Of a stretch of 64,000 bases of DNA, positions 51,500-64,000 are shown piece after piece (position 1 is the stretch's first letter; every line of letters begins with the position of its first letter). The notes beneath the pieces are model-generated. The model was not told the origin of the DNA. It ran no database searches and saw nothing but the letters and a program-made list of their open reading frames with translations. The DNA is from Eledone cirrhosa (Eukaryota): positions 313,038,001 through 313,102,000 of the forward strand of contig OZ024742.1 in NCBI GenBank assembly GCA_964016885.1. Reading direction: 5' to 3'. Made by a program: the position numbers and the translations under genes.

Positions 51500-53990
51500 A
51501 AACCTAACTTTAAGCTAAAACCGAACTTTAAAAATAACACTTACCCTAACACTTGCACTCACACATGCTCTAACACTTGCACTCACACATGCTCTAACAG
51601 TGAACTTAGCGCTAACATGAAAACTAACACAAACACAAAATCTGAAAACTAACATTAAATAGAAAACTAACACAAACACTAACACTAAAAATGACACTAA
51701 CACTAACCTGAACACCAGCACTAAAACTAACACTACCGTAAACACTAATACAAACACTAACACTAACCTGAACACTTACACTAAAACTAACATTAGCACA
51801 AACATTAGCCTGAACACTAGCACTAAAACTAACACTACCATAAACACTAACACTGACCTGAGCACTAACACTAAAAGTAACACTAACACAAACACTAATC
51901 TGAAAACTGATACTAACCAGAAAACTAAGGTAACATTAACTTCAACACTAAAACAAACACTAACGCTAACAGAAATACTAACACAAATATTAACACAAAA
52001 ACAAATACTAACACTAACACAATCTCTAACACTAACCTTAACACTAAAGCTAACATTAACATTAACTTGAACACTAACACTAACCTGAACACTTACACTA
52101 AAACTAACACTAACAGAGATACTAACACAAATATTAACACAAAAACAAACACTAACACAATCTCTAACACTAAAACTAACATTAACTTTAAAACTAACCT
52201 GAAAACTAAGCTAACATTAACCTGAACACTAACGCTAACACAATCACTAACACTAATGGAAACATCAATCACTAATGCTAACAGAGATACTAACACAAAT
52301 ATTAACACAAAAACAAACACTAACACAATCTCTAACACTAAAACTAACATTAACTTTAAAACTAACCTGAAAACTAAGCTAACATTAACCTGAACACTAA
52401 CGCTAACACAATCACTAACACTAATGGAAACATCAATCACTAATGCTAACAGAGATACTAACACAAATATTAACACAAAAACAAACACTAACACAATCTC
52501 TAACACTAACCTTAACACTAAAACTAACATTAACACTAACATAACTTTAACACTAACCTGAACACTTACACCAAAACTAACATTAACCTAAACACTAGCA
52601 CTAAAACTAACATTACCATAAACAGTAACACAAACACTAACACTAACACTGATCAGAACACTAACACTAACACTACCATAAAAACTAACACTAAAAAAAC
52701 ACTAACATTAACCTTAACACTAAAACTAACACTACCGTAAACACTAACACTAAAACTGATATTAACACGAACATTAACCTGAACACTAACACTACCACTA
52801 AAACTAACACTACCATAAACCACTAACCTGAGCACTAACACTAAAAGTAACACGAGCCCTAACCTGAAAACTAACACTAACCAGAAAACTAAGTCAACAT
52901 TAACCTGAACACTAACACAAACACTAACACTAACCTGAACACTAACAATCACAAAAATGCTAACACTAATAAAAATGCTAACACTAATACAAAATCAAAC
53001 ACTAATACGAACACTAATGGAAACACTAACACTAATGCCAACGCTGACACTGACGAAGATGGCGAATGCTGACAAAAACTCTGACTCACACACTGATGTA
53101 AATGCTACACAGACTCTAACGCTGACGTGGACACTGACACAAATGCTCACACTTATGCAAACACTAAAGCAAATGCAGACACTAATGCAAACACAGACGC
53201 AAATGTTGATGCAGATGTTAAAGCAAACGCAAATGCTGACAGCGATGCTAATGGGAACCTTAACACAGACGTAAACATTGACGTAGAAGCTAAAGGAAAC
53301 ACTGATTCAAACACTAATGAAAATGCTAACGCAGACGCTGACACAGACGCTAACACACGTTAACACAGATGCTAACGTAAACACTGACGCAGATGCTAAT
53401 ATAAACACTGACGCAGACGCTCACATAAACGCTGACACAGATGCTAACACACGTTGACACAGACGCTAACGTGAACGATGACGCAGACGGTAATGTAAAC
53501 AATGACTTAGAAGCTAACGTAAACGCTGACACAGAGGCAAATGTAAACGCTGACGCTGATGTAGATGTAAATACAGACGCTGACACAGACACTGACGTAG
53601 AAGCTAACACAAACGCTGACACAAACACTAATGCTAACACTAATGTTGACTCAGACGCTAAGGGAAATGCTGACACAATCACTATCACCAATGCAGACGC
53701 TGACGCAAATGCTGACATAGATGCTGACACTTACGCCAACACTAAGGCTAATCCAAACACTAACGCAGATGCTAACACCAATCCACATAGACACTAACAC
53801 AAAAGCTTACATAGACGCTTATGCAAATGCTAACGCTGATGCAGACAGTAACGCAAACAGTAACTGTAAGAGTAACAGTTACAGTAACACTAACAGTGAC
53901 AGTAATGCTAACAGTAACACAGTCACTAACAATAAACTTACCATTAACAGTAAAACTTACCCTAACACTAACCCTAAATCAAACATTAAT
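51500..53990. repeat. (AACACT)n-derived low-complexity domain with 180-bp tandem triplication
   Basis: Hexamer periodicity throughout; 180-bp repeats at ~52100-52510; grades into GAC/GCT/AAC hexamers at 53040-53930. Confidence 0.85.
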
Positions 53991-54099
53991 CCAGAGAAAA
54001 AAGTCATTTGCAATCACATTTAAGGTCACTCTTTAAGATATAGAAGATAGGCATTACATTTTAATGATTTTAATTTAAAGAGAATCGCGCTATACGATG

Positions 54100-57000
54100 C
54101 AACACAATAACACACCACACCACACTAACCTACACTACACCAAACCAGATTATACCATACCTTGGTAAATTTATGATAGATTTCCATGTTATAACTACAC
54201 CAAACTAAACCATACCAAACTACACCAAACCAAACCACACCATAACTACACCATACTACATCACACCATGCTATTGAACTCAGTGTGAAAAAGTTTCTTC
54301 CTGCTTTTTTTGTCTTTTTTTGTGTGTGTGTGCTTACCACCCAATCTGACATTAAAAGTGTTCGCAATTAATTATTTTTTGCACATATTATCAATGAAGA
54401 CTTTGAAACCTGTTGAAAATGACTAGCTTTGTAGAAAAAAGAGGGCGGAAAGTGGGTGGAAATACCATTCACAAAGCTTGTCATTTTTTATTGCAGTGAA
54501 AGTCATATTTGTTGTTAATATGGTAATGGAGGTACATGGCTTAGTGGTTAGAGCATTGGCCTTGCAAACGAAAGGTTGTGAGTTCAATTCTCAGACCAGG
54601 TGGTGTGTTGTTTCCTTGAGCAAGACACTTTATTTCACATTGCTCCAGTTTACTCAGCTGCAGAAATGAGATGATAGGGACTGAGGTCCCTATCATTCCA
54701 CTGCAAAGTGGTCGTGTAGGTGCCACGGGAAAGACCACCCAGCACTCACTGTAAATGAGGTTAGTGTTAGGAAGGGCATCCAGCTGTAGAAATCAAGCCA
54801 GAATCAGTTCCCGTCCCGCCCTTGCAAGCAGGGAAAAGTGGACGTAAAATGATGATGATGGTAAAAGCATAGTCGGCTGTGAGCATGTTGGAGGTTGGAA
54901 AACCATACCACATTAAACTACATCAAACTACACCATACCAAACTACACCATACTACATCACACCATGCTATTAATCTCAGTGAGAACATTTTTCTTCCTG
55001 TTTTTTTTTTTTCTGTGTGTGTGTGTGTGTGCTTACCACCCAATCTGATATCAAAGGTGCTCACAAATTACTATTTTTTTACACATTATCAATGGATATA
55101 ACATGGAAACCTATCACTTGCAATAGGTTCCCATGTCATAACTACAACAATCCAAACCACACCATAACAAACTACACCATTCTACATCACACCATGCTTT
55201 TGATCTCAGTGTGAAAAATTTTCTTCCTGTTTCTTTTTTTTTTTTTCTGTGTGTTCTTACCACCCAACCTGACATCAAAGGTGCTGCAATTGACTATTTT
55301 TCGCACATATTATCAATAATTATGACATGGAAAACTGATGAAAATGACTAGCTTTGTAGAAAAAAGAGGGAGGATGTGGGTGGAAATACCATTTACAAAG
55401 CTAGTCATTTTTTATTGCAGCGGAAGTCATATTTTTTGTTAATATGCTAAAAGCATAGTCCACTGCGAGCATCTTGGAAGTTGATAGCACATACAAAAAT
55501 GAAGGAAACATTTTTTTTATAACATAAATCAAAGTGGAAATTTAAATCTTCACTTATAACAAAGCACACCACAGCACATTAATCTACCCTAATCCACACC
55601 ATAACAATACTTCACCATTTACTCCTACCATTTACATCACACCATGGTATGGAAATCAATGTGACAAATTTGCTACCTGCTTTTTTTTTTTTTGTGGTTA
55701 CCACCTCAAACTAACATCAAAGGTGCTTGCAAATGACTATTTTCCCACACATTATCAATGAATATGACATGGGAATCTATCGTTTACAATTGGTTTCCAT
55801 TTCATAACTTCACCAAACCAAACCAAACCAAACCACACCATACCAAGTTACACCATACTACATCACACCAAACTATTGATCTTGGTGTGAAAAATTTTAT
55901 TCCCGTTTCCTTTTTTTTTTGTGTGTGTGTGCTTACCACCCAATCTGACATTAAATGTGCTCCCAATTTACTTTTTTTTTTCACATATCAATAATTATGA
56001 CATGGAAACCTGTCGAAAATGACTATTTTTGTAGAAACTGCACCAAACCACACCATACTACATCACACCATACTACATCACACCAAGCTATTGATTTTGG
56101 TGTGACAAATTTTCATCTGGCATTTTTTTTTTTTTTTTTTTTTTTTTGTACTTACCATCCAATTTGACATAAAAGGTGCTCACAAATTACTATTTTATGC
56201 ACATATTATCAATGGTTATGACATGGAAACCTGATGAAAATGACTAGCTTTGTAGAAAAAAGAGGGAGGATGTGGGTGGAAATAGCATTTACAAAGCTAG
56301 TCATTTTTTATTGCAGAGGAAGTCATATTTTTTGTTAATATGCTAAAAGCATAGTCTACTGCGAGCATCTTGGAAGTTGATAGCACATGCAAAAATAAAG
56401 GGAAAATTTTTTTTCTAACATAAATCAAAGTGGAAATTTAAATCCTCACTTATAACAAAGCACACCACAGCACATTAATCTACCCCAATCCACACCATAA
56501 CCATACTTCACTATATGGTAAATTTATTACAGAACACCTACTACCATTTACATCACACCATGGTATAGACAGCAATGTGACAAATTTGCTACCTGCTTTT
56601 TTTTTTTTTGTGGTTACCACCTCAAACTAACATCAAAGGTGCTTGCAAATGACTATTTTCCCACACATTATCAATGAATATGACATGGGAATCTATCGTT
56701 TACAATTGGTTTCCATTTCATAACTTCACCAAACCAAACCAAACCAAACCACACCATACCAAGTTACACCATACTACATCACACCAAACTATTGATCTTG
56801 GTGTGAAAAATTTTATTCCCGTTCCCTTTTTTTTTTGTGTGTGTGTGCTTACCACCCAATCTGACATTAAATGTGCTCCCAATTTACTTTTTTTTTTCAC
56901 ATATCAATAATTATGACATGGAAACCTGTCGAAAATGACTATTTTTGTAGAAACTGCACCAAACCACACCATACTACATCACACCATACTACATCACACC

Positions 57001-60000
57001 AAGCTATTGATTTTGGTGACAAATTTTCATCTGGCATTTTTTTTTTTTTTTTTTTTTGTACTTACCATCCAATTTGACATAAAAGGTGCTCACAAATTAC
57101 TATTTTATGCACATATTATCAATGGTTATGACATGGAAACCTGATGAAAATGACTAGCTTTGTAGAAAAAAGAGGGAGGATGTGGGTGGAAATACCATTT
57201 ACAAAGCTAGTCATTTTTCATTGCAGCGGAAGTCATATTTTTTGTTAATATGCTAAAAGCATAGTCCACTGCGAGCATCTTGGTAGTTGATAGCACATGC
57301 AAAAATGAAGGGAAAATTTTTTTTCTAACATAAATCAAAGTGGAAATTTAAATCCTCACTTATAACAAAGCTCACCACAGCACATTAATCTACCCCAATC
57401 CACACCATAACCATACTTCACTATATGGTAAATTTATTACAGAACACCTACTACCATTTACATCACACCATGGTATAGACAGCAATGTGACAAATTTGCT
57501 ACCTGCTTTTTTTTTTTTTTTGTGGTTACCACCTCAAACTAACATCAAAGGTGCTTGCAAATGACTATTTTCCCACACATTATCAATGAATATGACATGG
57601 GAATCTATCGTTTACAATTGGTTTCCATTTCATAACTTAACCAAACCAAACCAAACCACACCATACCAAGTTACACCATACTACATCACACCAAACTATT
57701 GATCTTGGTGTGAAAAATTTTATTCCCGTTCCCTTTTTTTTTTGTGTGTGTGTGCTTACCACCCAATCTGACATTAAATGTGCTCCCAATTTACTTTTTT
57801 TTTTCACATATCAATAATTATGACATGGAAACCTGTCGAAAATGACTATTTTTGTAGAAACTGCACCAAACCACACCATACTACATCACACCATACTACA
57901 TCACACCAAGCTATTGATTTTGGTGACAAATTTTCATCTGGCATTTTTTTTTTTTTTTTTTTTTGTACTTACCATCCAATTTGACATAAAAGGTGCTCAC
58001 AAATTACTATTTTATGCACATATTATCAATGGTTATGACATGGAAACCTGATGAAAATGACTAGCTTTGTAGAAAAAAGAGGGAGGATGTGGGTGGAAAT
58101 AGCATTTACAAAGCTAGTCATTTTTTATTGCAGAGGAAGTCATATTTTTTGTTAATATGCTAAAAGCATAGTCCACTGCGAGCATCTTGGTAGTTGATAG
58201 CACATGCAAAAATGAAGGGAACATTTTTTTTCTAACATAAATCAAAGTGGAAATTTAAATCCTCACTTATAACAAAGCACACCACAGCACATTAATCTAC
58301 CCCCAATCCACACCATAAATTCACCATAACCATACTTCACTATATGGTAAATTTATTACAGAACACCTACTACCATTTACATCACACCATGGTCTGGACA
58401 TCAATGTGACAAATTTGCTACCCGCTTTTTTTTTTTTTTTTTTTTTTGTGATTACCACCTCAAACTAACATCAAAGGTGCTTGAAAATGACTATTTTCCC
58501 ACACATTATCAATGAATATGACATGGGAATCTATCGTTTACAATTGGTTTCCATTTCATAACTTCACCAAACCAAACCACACTATACTACATCACACCAA
58601 GCTATTGATCTTGGTGTGAAACATTTTCTTCCTGTTTCCTTTGTTTTTTTGTGTGTGTGTGCTTAGCACCCAATCTGACATTAAAGGTGCTCCCAATTGA
58701 CTATTTTTTTTCCACTTATCAATAATTATGACATGGAAACCTGTCAAAAATGACTATCTTTGTAGAAACTTCACAAAAAAAATCACCATACTACATTACA
58801 CCAAGATATTGATTTTGGTGTGACAAATTTTCATCTGGCATTTTTTTTTTTGTTTTTTTTGTGCTTACCACCCAATTTGACATAAAAGGTGCTCGCAAAT
58901 TACTATTTTATGCACATATTATCAATGGTTATGACAATGAAACCTGATGAAAATGACTAGCTTTGTAGAAAAAAGAGGGAGGATGTGGGTGGAAATAGCA
59001 TTTACAAAGCTAGTCATTTTTTATTGCAGCGGAAGTCATATTTTTTGTTAGTATGCTAAAAGCATAGTCCACTGCAAGCATCTTGGAAGTTGATAGCACA
59101 TGCAAAAATGAAGGGAAAATTTTTTTTCTAACATAAATCAAAGTGGAAATTTAAATCCTCACTTATAACAAAGCACACCACAGCACATTAATCTACCCCA
59201 ATCCACACCATAACCATACTTCACTATATGGTAAATTTATTACAGAACACCTACTACCATTTACATCACACCATGGTATAGACAGCAATGTGACAAATTT
59301 GCTACCTGCTTTTTTTTTTTTTTTGTGGTTACCACCTCAAACTAACATCAAAGGTGCTTGCAAATGACTATTTTCCCACACATTATCAATGAATATGACA
59401 TGGGAATCTATCGTTTACAATTGGTTTCCATTTCATAACTTCACCAAACCAAACCAAACCACACCAAGTTACACCATACTACATCACACCAAACTATTGA
59501 TCTTGGTGTGAAAAATTTTATTCCCATTTCCTTTTTTTTTTTTGTGTGTGTGTGCTTACCACCCAATCTGACATTAAATGTGCTCCCAATTTACTTTTTT
59601 TTTTTCACATATCAATAATTATGACATGGAAACCTGTCGAAAATGACTATTTTTGTAGAAACTGCATCAAACCACACCATACTACATCACACCAAGCTAT
59701 TGATTTTGGTGTGACAAATTTTCATCTGGCATTTTTTTTTTTTTTTTTTTTTTTTTTTTGTGCTTACCATCCAATTTGACATAAAAGGTGCTCACAAATT
59801 ACTATTTTATGCACATATTATCAATGGTTATGACATGGAAACCTGATGAAAATGACTAGCTTTGTAGAAAAAAGAGGGAGGATGTTGGAGGAAATACCAT
59901 TTACAAAGCTAGTCATTTTTTATTGCAGCGGAAGTCATATTTTTTGTTAATATGCTAAGAGCATAGTCCACTGCGAGCATCTTGGAAGTTGATAGCACAT

Positions 60001-60645
60001 GCAAAAATAAAGGGAACATTTTTTTTCTAACATTAATCAAAGTGGAAATTTAAATCCTCACTTATAACAAAGCACACCACAGCACATTAATCTACCCCCA
60101 ATCCACACCATAAATTCACCATAACCATACTTCACTATATGGTAAATTTATTACAGAACACCTACTACCATTTACATCACACCATGGTTTGGACATCAAT
60201 GTGACAAATTTGCTACCCGCTTTTTTTTTTTTTTTTTGTGATTACCACCTAAAACTAACATCAAAGGTGCTTGCAAATGACTATTTTCCCACACATTATC
60301 AATGAATATGACATGGGAATCTATCGTTTACAATTGGTTTCCATTTCATAACTTCACCAAACCAAACCAAACCACACCATACCAAGTTACACTATACTAC
60401 ATCACACCAAGCTATTGATCTTGGTGTGAAACATTTTATTCCTGTTTCCTTTTTTTTTTTTTTTCTGTGTGCTTACCACCCAATCTGACATTAAAGGTGC
60501 TCCCAATTTACTTTTTTTTTTCACATATCAATAATTATGACATGGAAACCTGTCGAAAATGACTATTTTTGTAGAAACTGCACTAAACCACACCATACTA
60601 CATCACACCAAGCTATTGATTTTGGTGTGACAAATTCCCATTTGG

Positions 60646-60679
<34 letters not shown>

Positions 60680-61320
60680 TTCTTACCAACCAATTTGACA
60701 TAAATGGTGCTTGCAAATTACTATTTTATCCACATATTATCAATGGTTATGACATGGAAACCTGATGAAAATGACTAGCTTTGTAGAAAAAAGAGGGAGG
60801 ATGTGGGTGGAAATACCATTTACAAAGCTAGTCATTTTTATTGCAGCGGAAGTCATATTTTTTGTTAATATGCTAAAAGCATAGTCCACTGCGAGCATCT
60901 TGGAAGTTGATAGCACATGCAAAAATAAAGGAAAAATTTTTTTCTAACATAAATCAAAGTGGAAATTTAAACCTCATTTATAACAAAGCACACCACAGCA
61001 CATTAATCTACCCCAATCCACACCATATACTTCACCATATGGTAAATTTATTACAGAACACCTACTCGTACAATTTACATCACACCAATGCTCGCAGTTG
61101 ACTATTTTTTTCACATATTATGAATGAATATAACTTTGAAACCTATCGTCAATGATTAGCTTTGTAGAACAATGAAAACAGAAAGTGGGTAGAAAAACCA
61201 TTCACAAAGCTAGTCATTTTTAATTGCAGTGGAAATCATATTTGTTGTTAATATGCTAAAAAAATAGTCAATTGCAAGCATTTTGGAGGTTGGATTAGTT
61301 GATAGAACATAAAAACAAAG
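54100..61320. repeat. ~900-bp tandem satellite built from ~200-bp subrepeats
   Basis: Marker AAAATGACTAGCTTTGTAG at 54416, 55341, 56237, 57147, 58054, 58950, 59849, 60768. Confidence 0.95.
54527..54857 (+). mobile_element. SINE family B inserted in the satellite edge unit
   Basis: TSD ATGGTAA (54520-54526, 54858-54864); empty site ATGCTAAAAGC in the other monomers. Confidence 0.9.
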
Positions 61321-61349
61321 GAAAACAAATATTGTCTATATGTTACTGT

Positions 61350-61428
61350 GGAAAGTCGGGTCTTCTGTATTACTGTGTGACGCCAGAGGTCATGGTCGTG
61401 TGTCATTGCCCTTGAAAGGTCGGCTTAG
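61350..61428 (-). mobile_element. RTE ORF 3'-end fragment
   Basis: Translates to AMTHDHDLWRHTVIQKTRL, homologous to the RTE C-terminus; similar piece at 63905-64000. Confidence 0.65.
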
Positions 61429-61448
61429 AAATATTTACTTCTGCGTTC

Positions 61449-61527
61449 ACAGATTGATTTTTTTTTAGTTTCAGAAGATCCCATTAAGGGTGAAAGCAGC
61501 CGATTCTTTGCTTAAATTTTAATCTGT
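61449..61527 (+). ncRNA. Type I hammerhead-like ribozyme, variant core, copy 1
   Basis: ACAGATT..AGTTT-CAGAAGA-T-CCC-ATTAA-GGG-T-GAA-AGCA-loop-TGCT-T-AAATT..AATCTGT; predicted cleavage after 61513. Confidence 0.65.
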
Positions 61528-61815
61528 TATTTTAATAAATATTTGCTCTACGGTTCTTATATATTTGATATATATTTATCCTCATCAAACCCTCTTTGGA
61601 TGTTAGTCTTCAAATTTATTACTATTTGGCTAAATTGATTGAGTACTCTATTGACTTATATTCATCATGCAGAAACAACATCTGAATATTTCAACAAAGA
61701 ACATACCCGTACCAAGCAGGAGGAAATACCTAAAACTACGTCTCCACGAACCAAAGTATCGCCTTCCTGTCTTCCTTCGGTTGCAACGTTTTTCAAAATA
61801 TTTACTTCTGCGTTC

Positions 61816-61821
61816 ACAGAT

Positions 61822-61855
<34 letters not shown>

Positions 61856-61914
61856 TTTCAGAAGATCCCATTAAGGGTGAAAGCAATCGATTCTTTGCTT
61901 AAACTTTAATCTGT
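61816..61914 (+). ncRNA. Type I hammerhead-like ribozyme, variant core, copy 2
   Basis: Same fold; stem III AGCAA/TTGCT, stem I AGTTT/AAACT; predicted cleavage after 61900. Confidence 0.7.
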
Positions 61915-62205
61915 TATTTTAATAAATATTTGCTCTACGGTTCTTATATATTTGATATATATTTATCCTTATCGAGCCATCTTTGGATGTTAGTCTTCAA
62001 ATTTATTATTATTATTATTTGGCTCCCTTGACTGAGTACTCTATTGACTTACATTCATCATGCAGAAACATCTGAATATTTCTACAAAGAACATACCCGT
62101 ACCAAGCAGGATGAAATACCTAAAACTACGTCTCCATGAACCAAAGTATCGTCTTTCTGTCTTCCTTCGGTTGCAACATTTTTCAAAATATTTACTTCTG
62201 CGTTC

Positions 62206-62286
62206 ACAGATTGATTTTTTTTTTTAGTTTCAGAAGATCCCATTAAGGGTGAAAGCAGCCGATTCTTTGCTTAAACTTTAATCTGT
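62206..62286 (+). ncRNA. Type I hammerhead-like ribozyme, variant core, copy 3
   Basis: Same fold; predicted cleavage after 62272. Confidence 0.7.
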
Positions 62287-62577
62287 TATTTTAATAAATA
62301 TTTGCTCTACGGTTCTTATATATTTGATATATATTTATCCTTATCGAGCCATCTTTGGATGTTAGTCTTCAAATTTATTATTATTATTATTTGGCTCCCT
62401 TGACTGAGTACTCTTTTGACTTATATTCATCATGCAGAAACATCTGAATATTTCTACAAAGAACATACCCGTACCAAGCAGGAAGGAATACCTAAAACTA
62501 CGTCTCCACGAACCAAAGTATCGTCTAACTGTCTTCCTTCGTTTGCAACGTTTTTCGAAATATTTACTTCTGCGTTC

Positions 62578-62660
62578 ACAGATTGATTTTTTTTTTTTTA
62601 GTTTCAGAAGATCACATTAAGGGTGAAAGCAGCCGATTCTTTGCTTAAACTTTAATCTGT
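62578..62660 (+). ncRNA. Type I hammerhead-like ribozyme, variant core, copy 4 (stem II mismatch)
   Basis: Same fold but CAC/GGG stem II; predicted cleavage after 62646. Confidence 0.55.
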
Positions 62661-62826
62661 TATTTTAATAAATATTTGCTCTACGGTTCTTATATAATTG
62701 ATATATATTTATCCCTATCGAGCCCTCTTTGTATTTTAGTCTTCATATGTATTATTATTACTATATGTGTGTGTGTGTGTGTTTATATAGATGTGTGTAT
62801 GTGTATATATATATATATACATATTG

Positions 62827-63108
62827 AGAGCATTGGCCTTGCAATCGAAAGGTTGTGAGTTCAATTCTCACACCGGGTGATGTGTTGTTTCCTTGAGCAA
62901 GACACTTTATTTTACATTGCACCAGTTTACTCAGCTGTAGAAATGAGATGATAGGACTGGGGTCCCTATCATTCCACTGCAAAGTGGTCGTGGAGGTGCC
63001 ACGGCAAAAAAGCACCCAGCCCACACTGTAAAGTGGATGTGGGGGTGCCACGAGAAAAAAGCACCCAGCACTCACTGTAAATGAGGTTGGTGTTAGGAAG
63101 GGCATCCA
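62827..63108 (+). mobile_element. SINE family B, truncated at both ends
   Basis: GAGCATTGGCCTTGCAATCG...GAGTTCAATTC, CORE-like block, ends at GGAAGGGCATCCAG. Confidence 0.85.
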
Positions 63109-63223
63109 GGAGCAGCTATTGCAATAGCCTGGGGTTCAAAGGCCCTCAACTTGGTTTTCAAAATTTAAATTTGTGTTTCCTCTTCATCAATGCTTCAAGC
63201 CAGCTATAAAACTCTGTTATATT

Positions 63224-63603
63224 TCATCATCATCATTTTATGTCAGTTCTACGCTAACATGAGTTGTCCTGTTGTGGGCAGTGTCTGGTCAGCTGACCTT
63301 GTCTTGCTCATATGGGAACTGATTCTGTCTTGATTTCTACAGCTGGATGCCCTTCCTAACACCAACCTCATTTACAGTGAGTGCTGGGTGTTTTGTTTTT
63401 TTTGCTGTGGCACCTCCACGACCACTTTGCAGTGGAATGATAGGGACCCCAGTCCTATCATCTCATTTCTACAGCTGAGTAAACTGGAGCGATGTGAAAT
63501 AAAGTGTCTTGCTCAAGGAAACAACACATCACCCGGTCCGAGAATTAAACTCACAACCTTTCAATTGCAAGCCCAATGCTCTAACCACTGAGCCATGTGC
63601 CTT
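63224..63603 (-). mobile_element. Full-length SINE family B, followed by another 3' half to ~63810
   Basis: Reverse complement of the 36203-36600 copy; inverted relative to the 62827 copy 115 bp away. Confidence 0.85.
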
Positions 63604-64000
63604 CTATTGTTGGCAATGTTAGGTCAGGTGACCATGTCTTGCTCATAAAGAACTGATTTTGGCTTGGTTTCTACAGCTGGATGCCCTTCCTAATGCCAAG
63701 CTCATTTACAGTGAGTACTGGGTGTTTTTTGTTGATTCCTCCACGACTACTTTACAGTGTGGACTGGGTGTTTTTTACCGTGTCACCATCACGACCACTT
63801 TACAGTGTTTCGGCCTGTTCTCATGAAAGATATATTGGCGGGTGGGATGGAGTGTTGTATACTGTATGTATGTTTCAGCCTTGGCCTGGGCCCGTGGGAA
63901 GTTGGGGTTTCTGTATTACCTCATAACGCCATAGATCTTGGTCCTGTGTCATTGTCTTTCAGAGGTGCAATTGGGCAAGGTCGGCTTTTATCACTTCATC

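Larger units (their letters stand above)
61429..62760 (+). repeat. ~375-bp tandem array (3.5 copies) with one hammerhead per monomer; retrozyme-like
   Basis: ATATTTACTTCTGCGTTCACAG recurs at 61431, 61798, 62188, 62560. Confidence 0.92.

Noticed and set aside
56231-56320. CTGATGA followed by a long stem in each 900-bp monomer as a hammerhead
   Set aside because: No GAAA box after the stem and no stem I/III; kept only as a hairpin

Overview
AT-rich, repeat-dense animal DNA, most likely an octopus (inferred from the tRNA-headed SINE families, RTE LINEs with (TGA)n tails and very long (TA)n/(CA)n arrays). No complete host gene is visible. The window holds three young near-identical 5'-truncated RTE copies whose RT carries an inserted PHD-type zinc finger, a full-length defective DD37D/maT transposon, an internally deleted Helitron with STPR-like 23-aa repeats, and a complete 3.8-kb Gypsy (Mag-like) LTR element nested in a Penelope-like element. 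It also holds many SINEs and piggyBac/hAT/mariner MITEs, a 258-bp-arm inverted duplication, a ~900-bp higher-order satellite and weak hints of two divergent spliced genes. Most notable: (1) a ~375-bp tandem array at 61.4-62.8 kb where every monomer folds into a type I hammerhead ribozyme with a non-canonical CAGAAGA core, i.e. a retrozyme-like candidate circRNA source, 13 kb from a Penelope element with a related hammerhead; (2) the Gypsy element has no tRNA-type PBS but a 13-nt PBS-position sequence complementary to its own LTR, suggesting self-priming. All calls are by eye; boundaries of old repeats are approximate.
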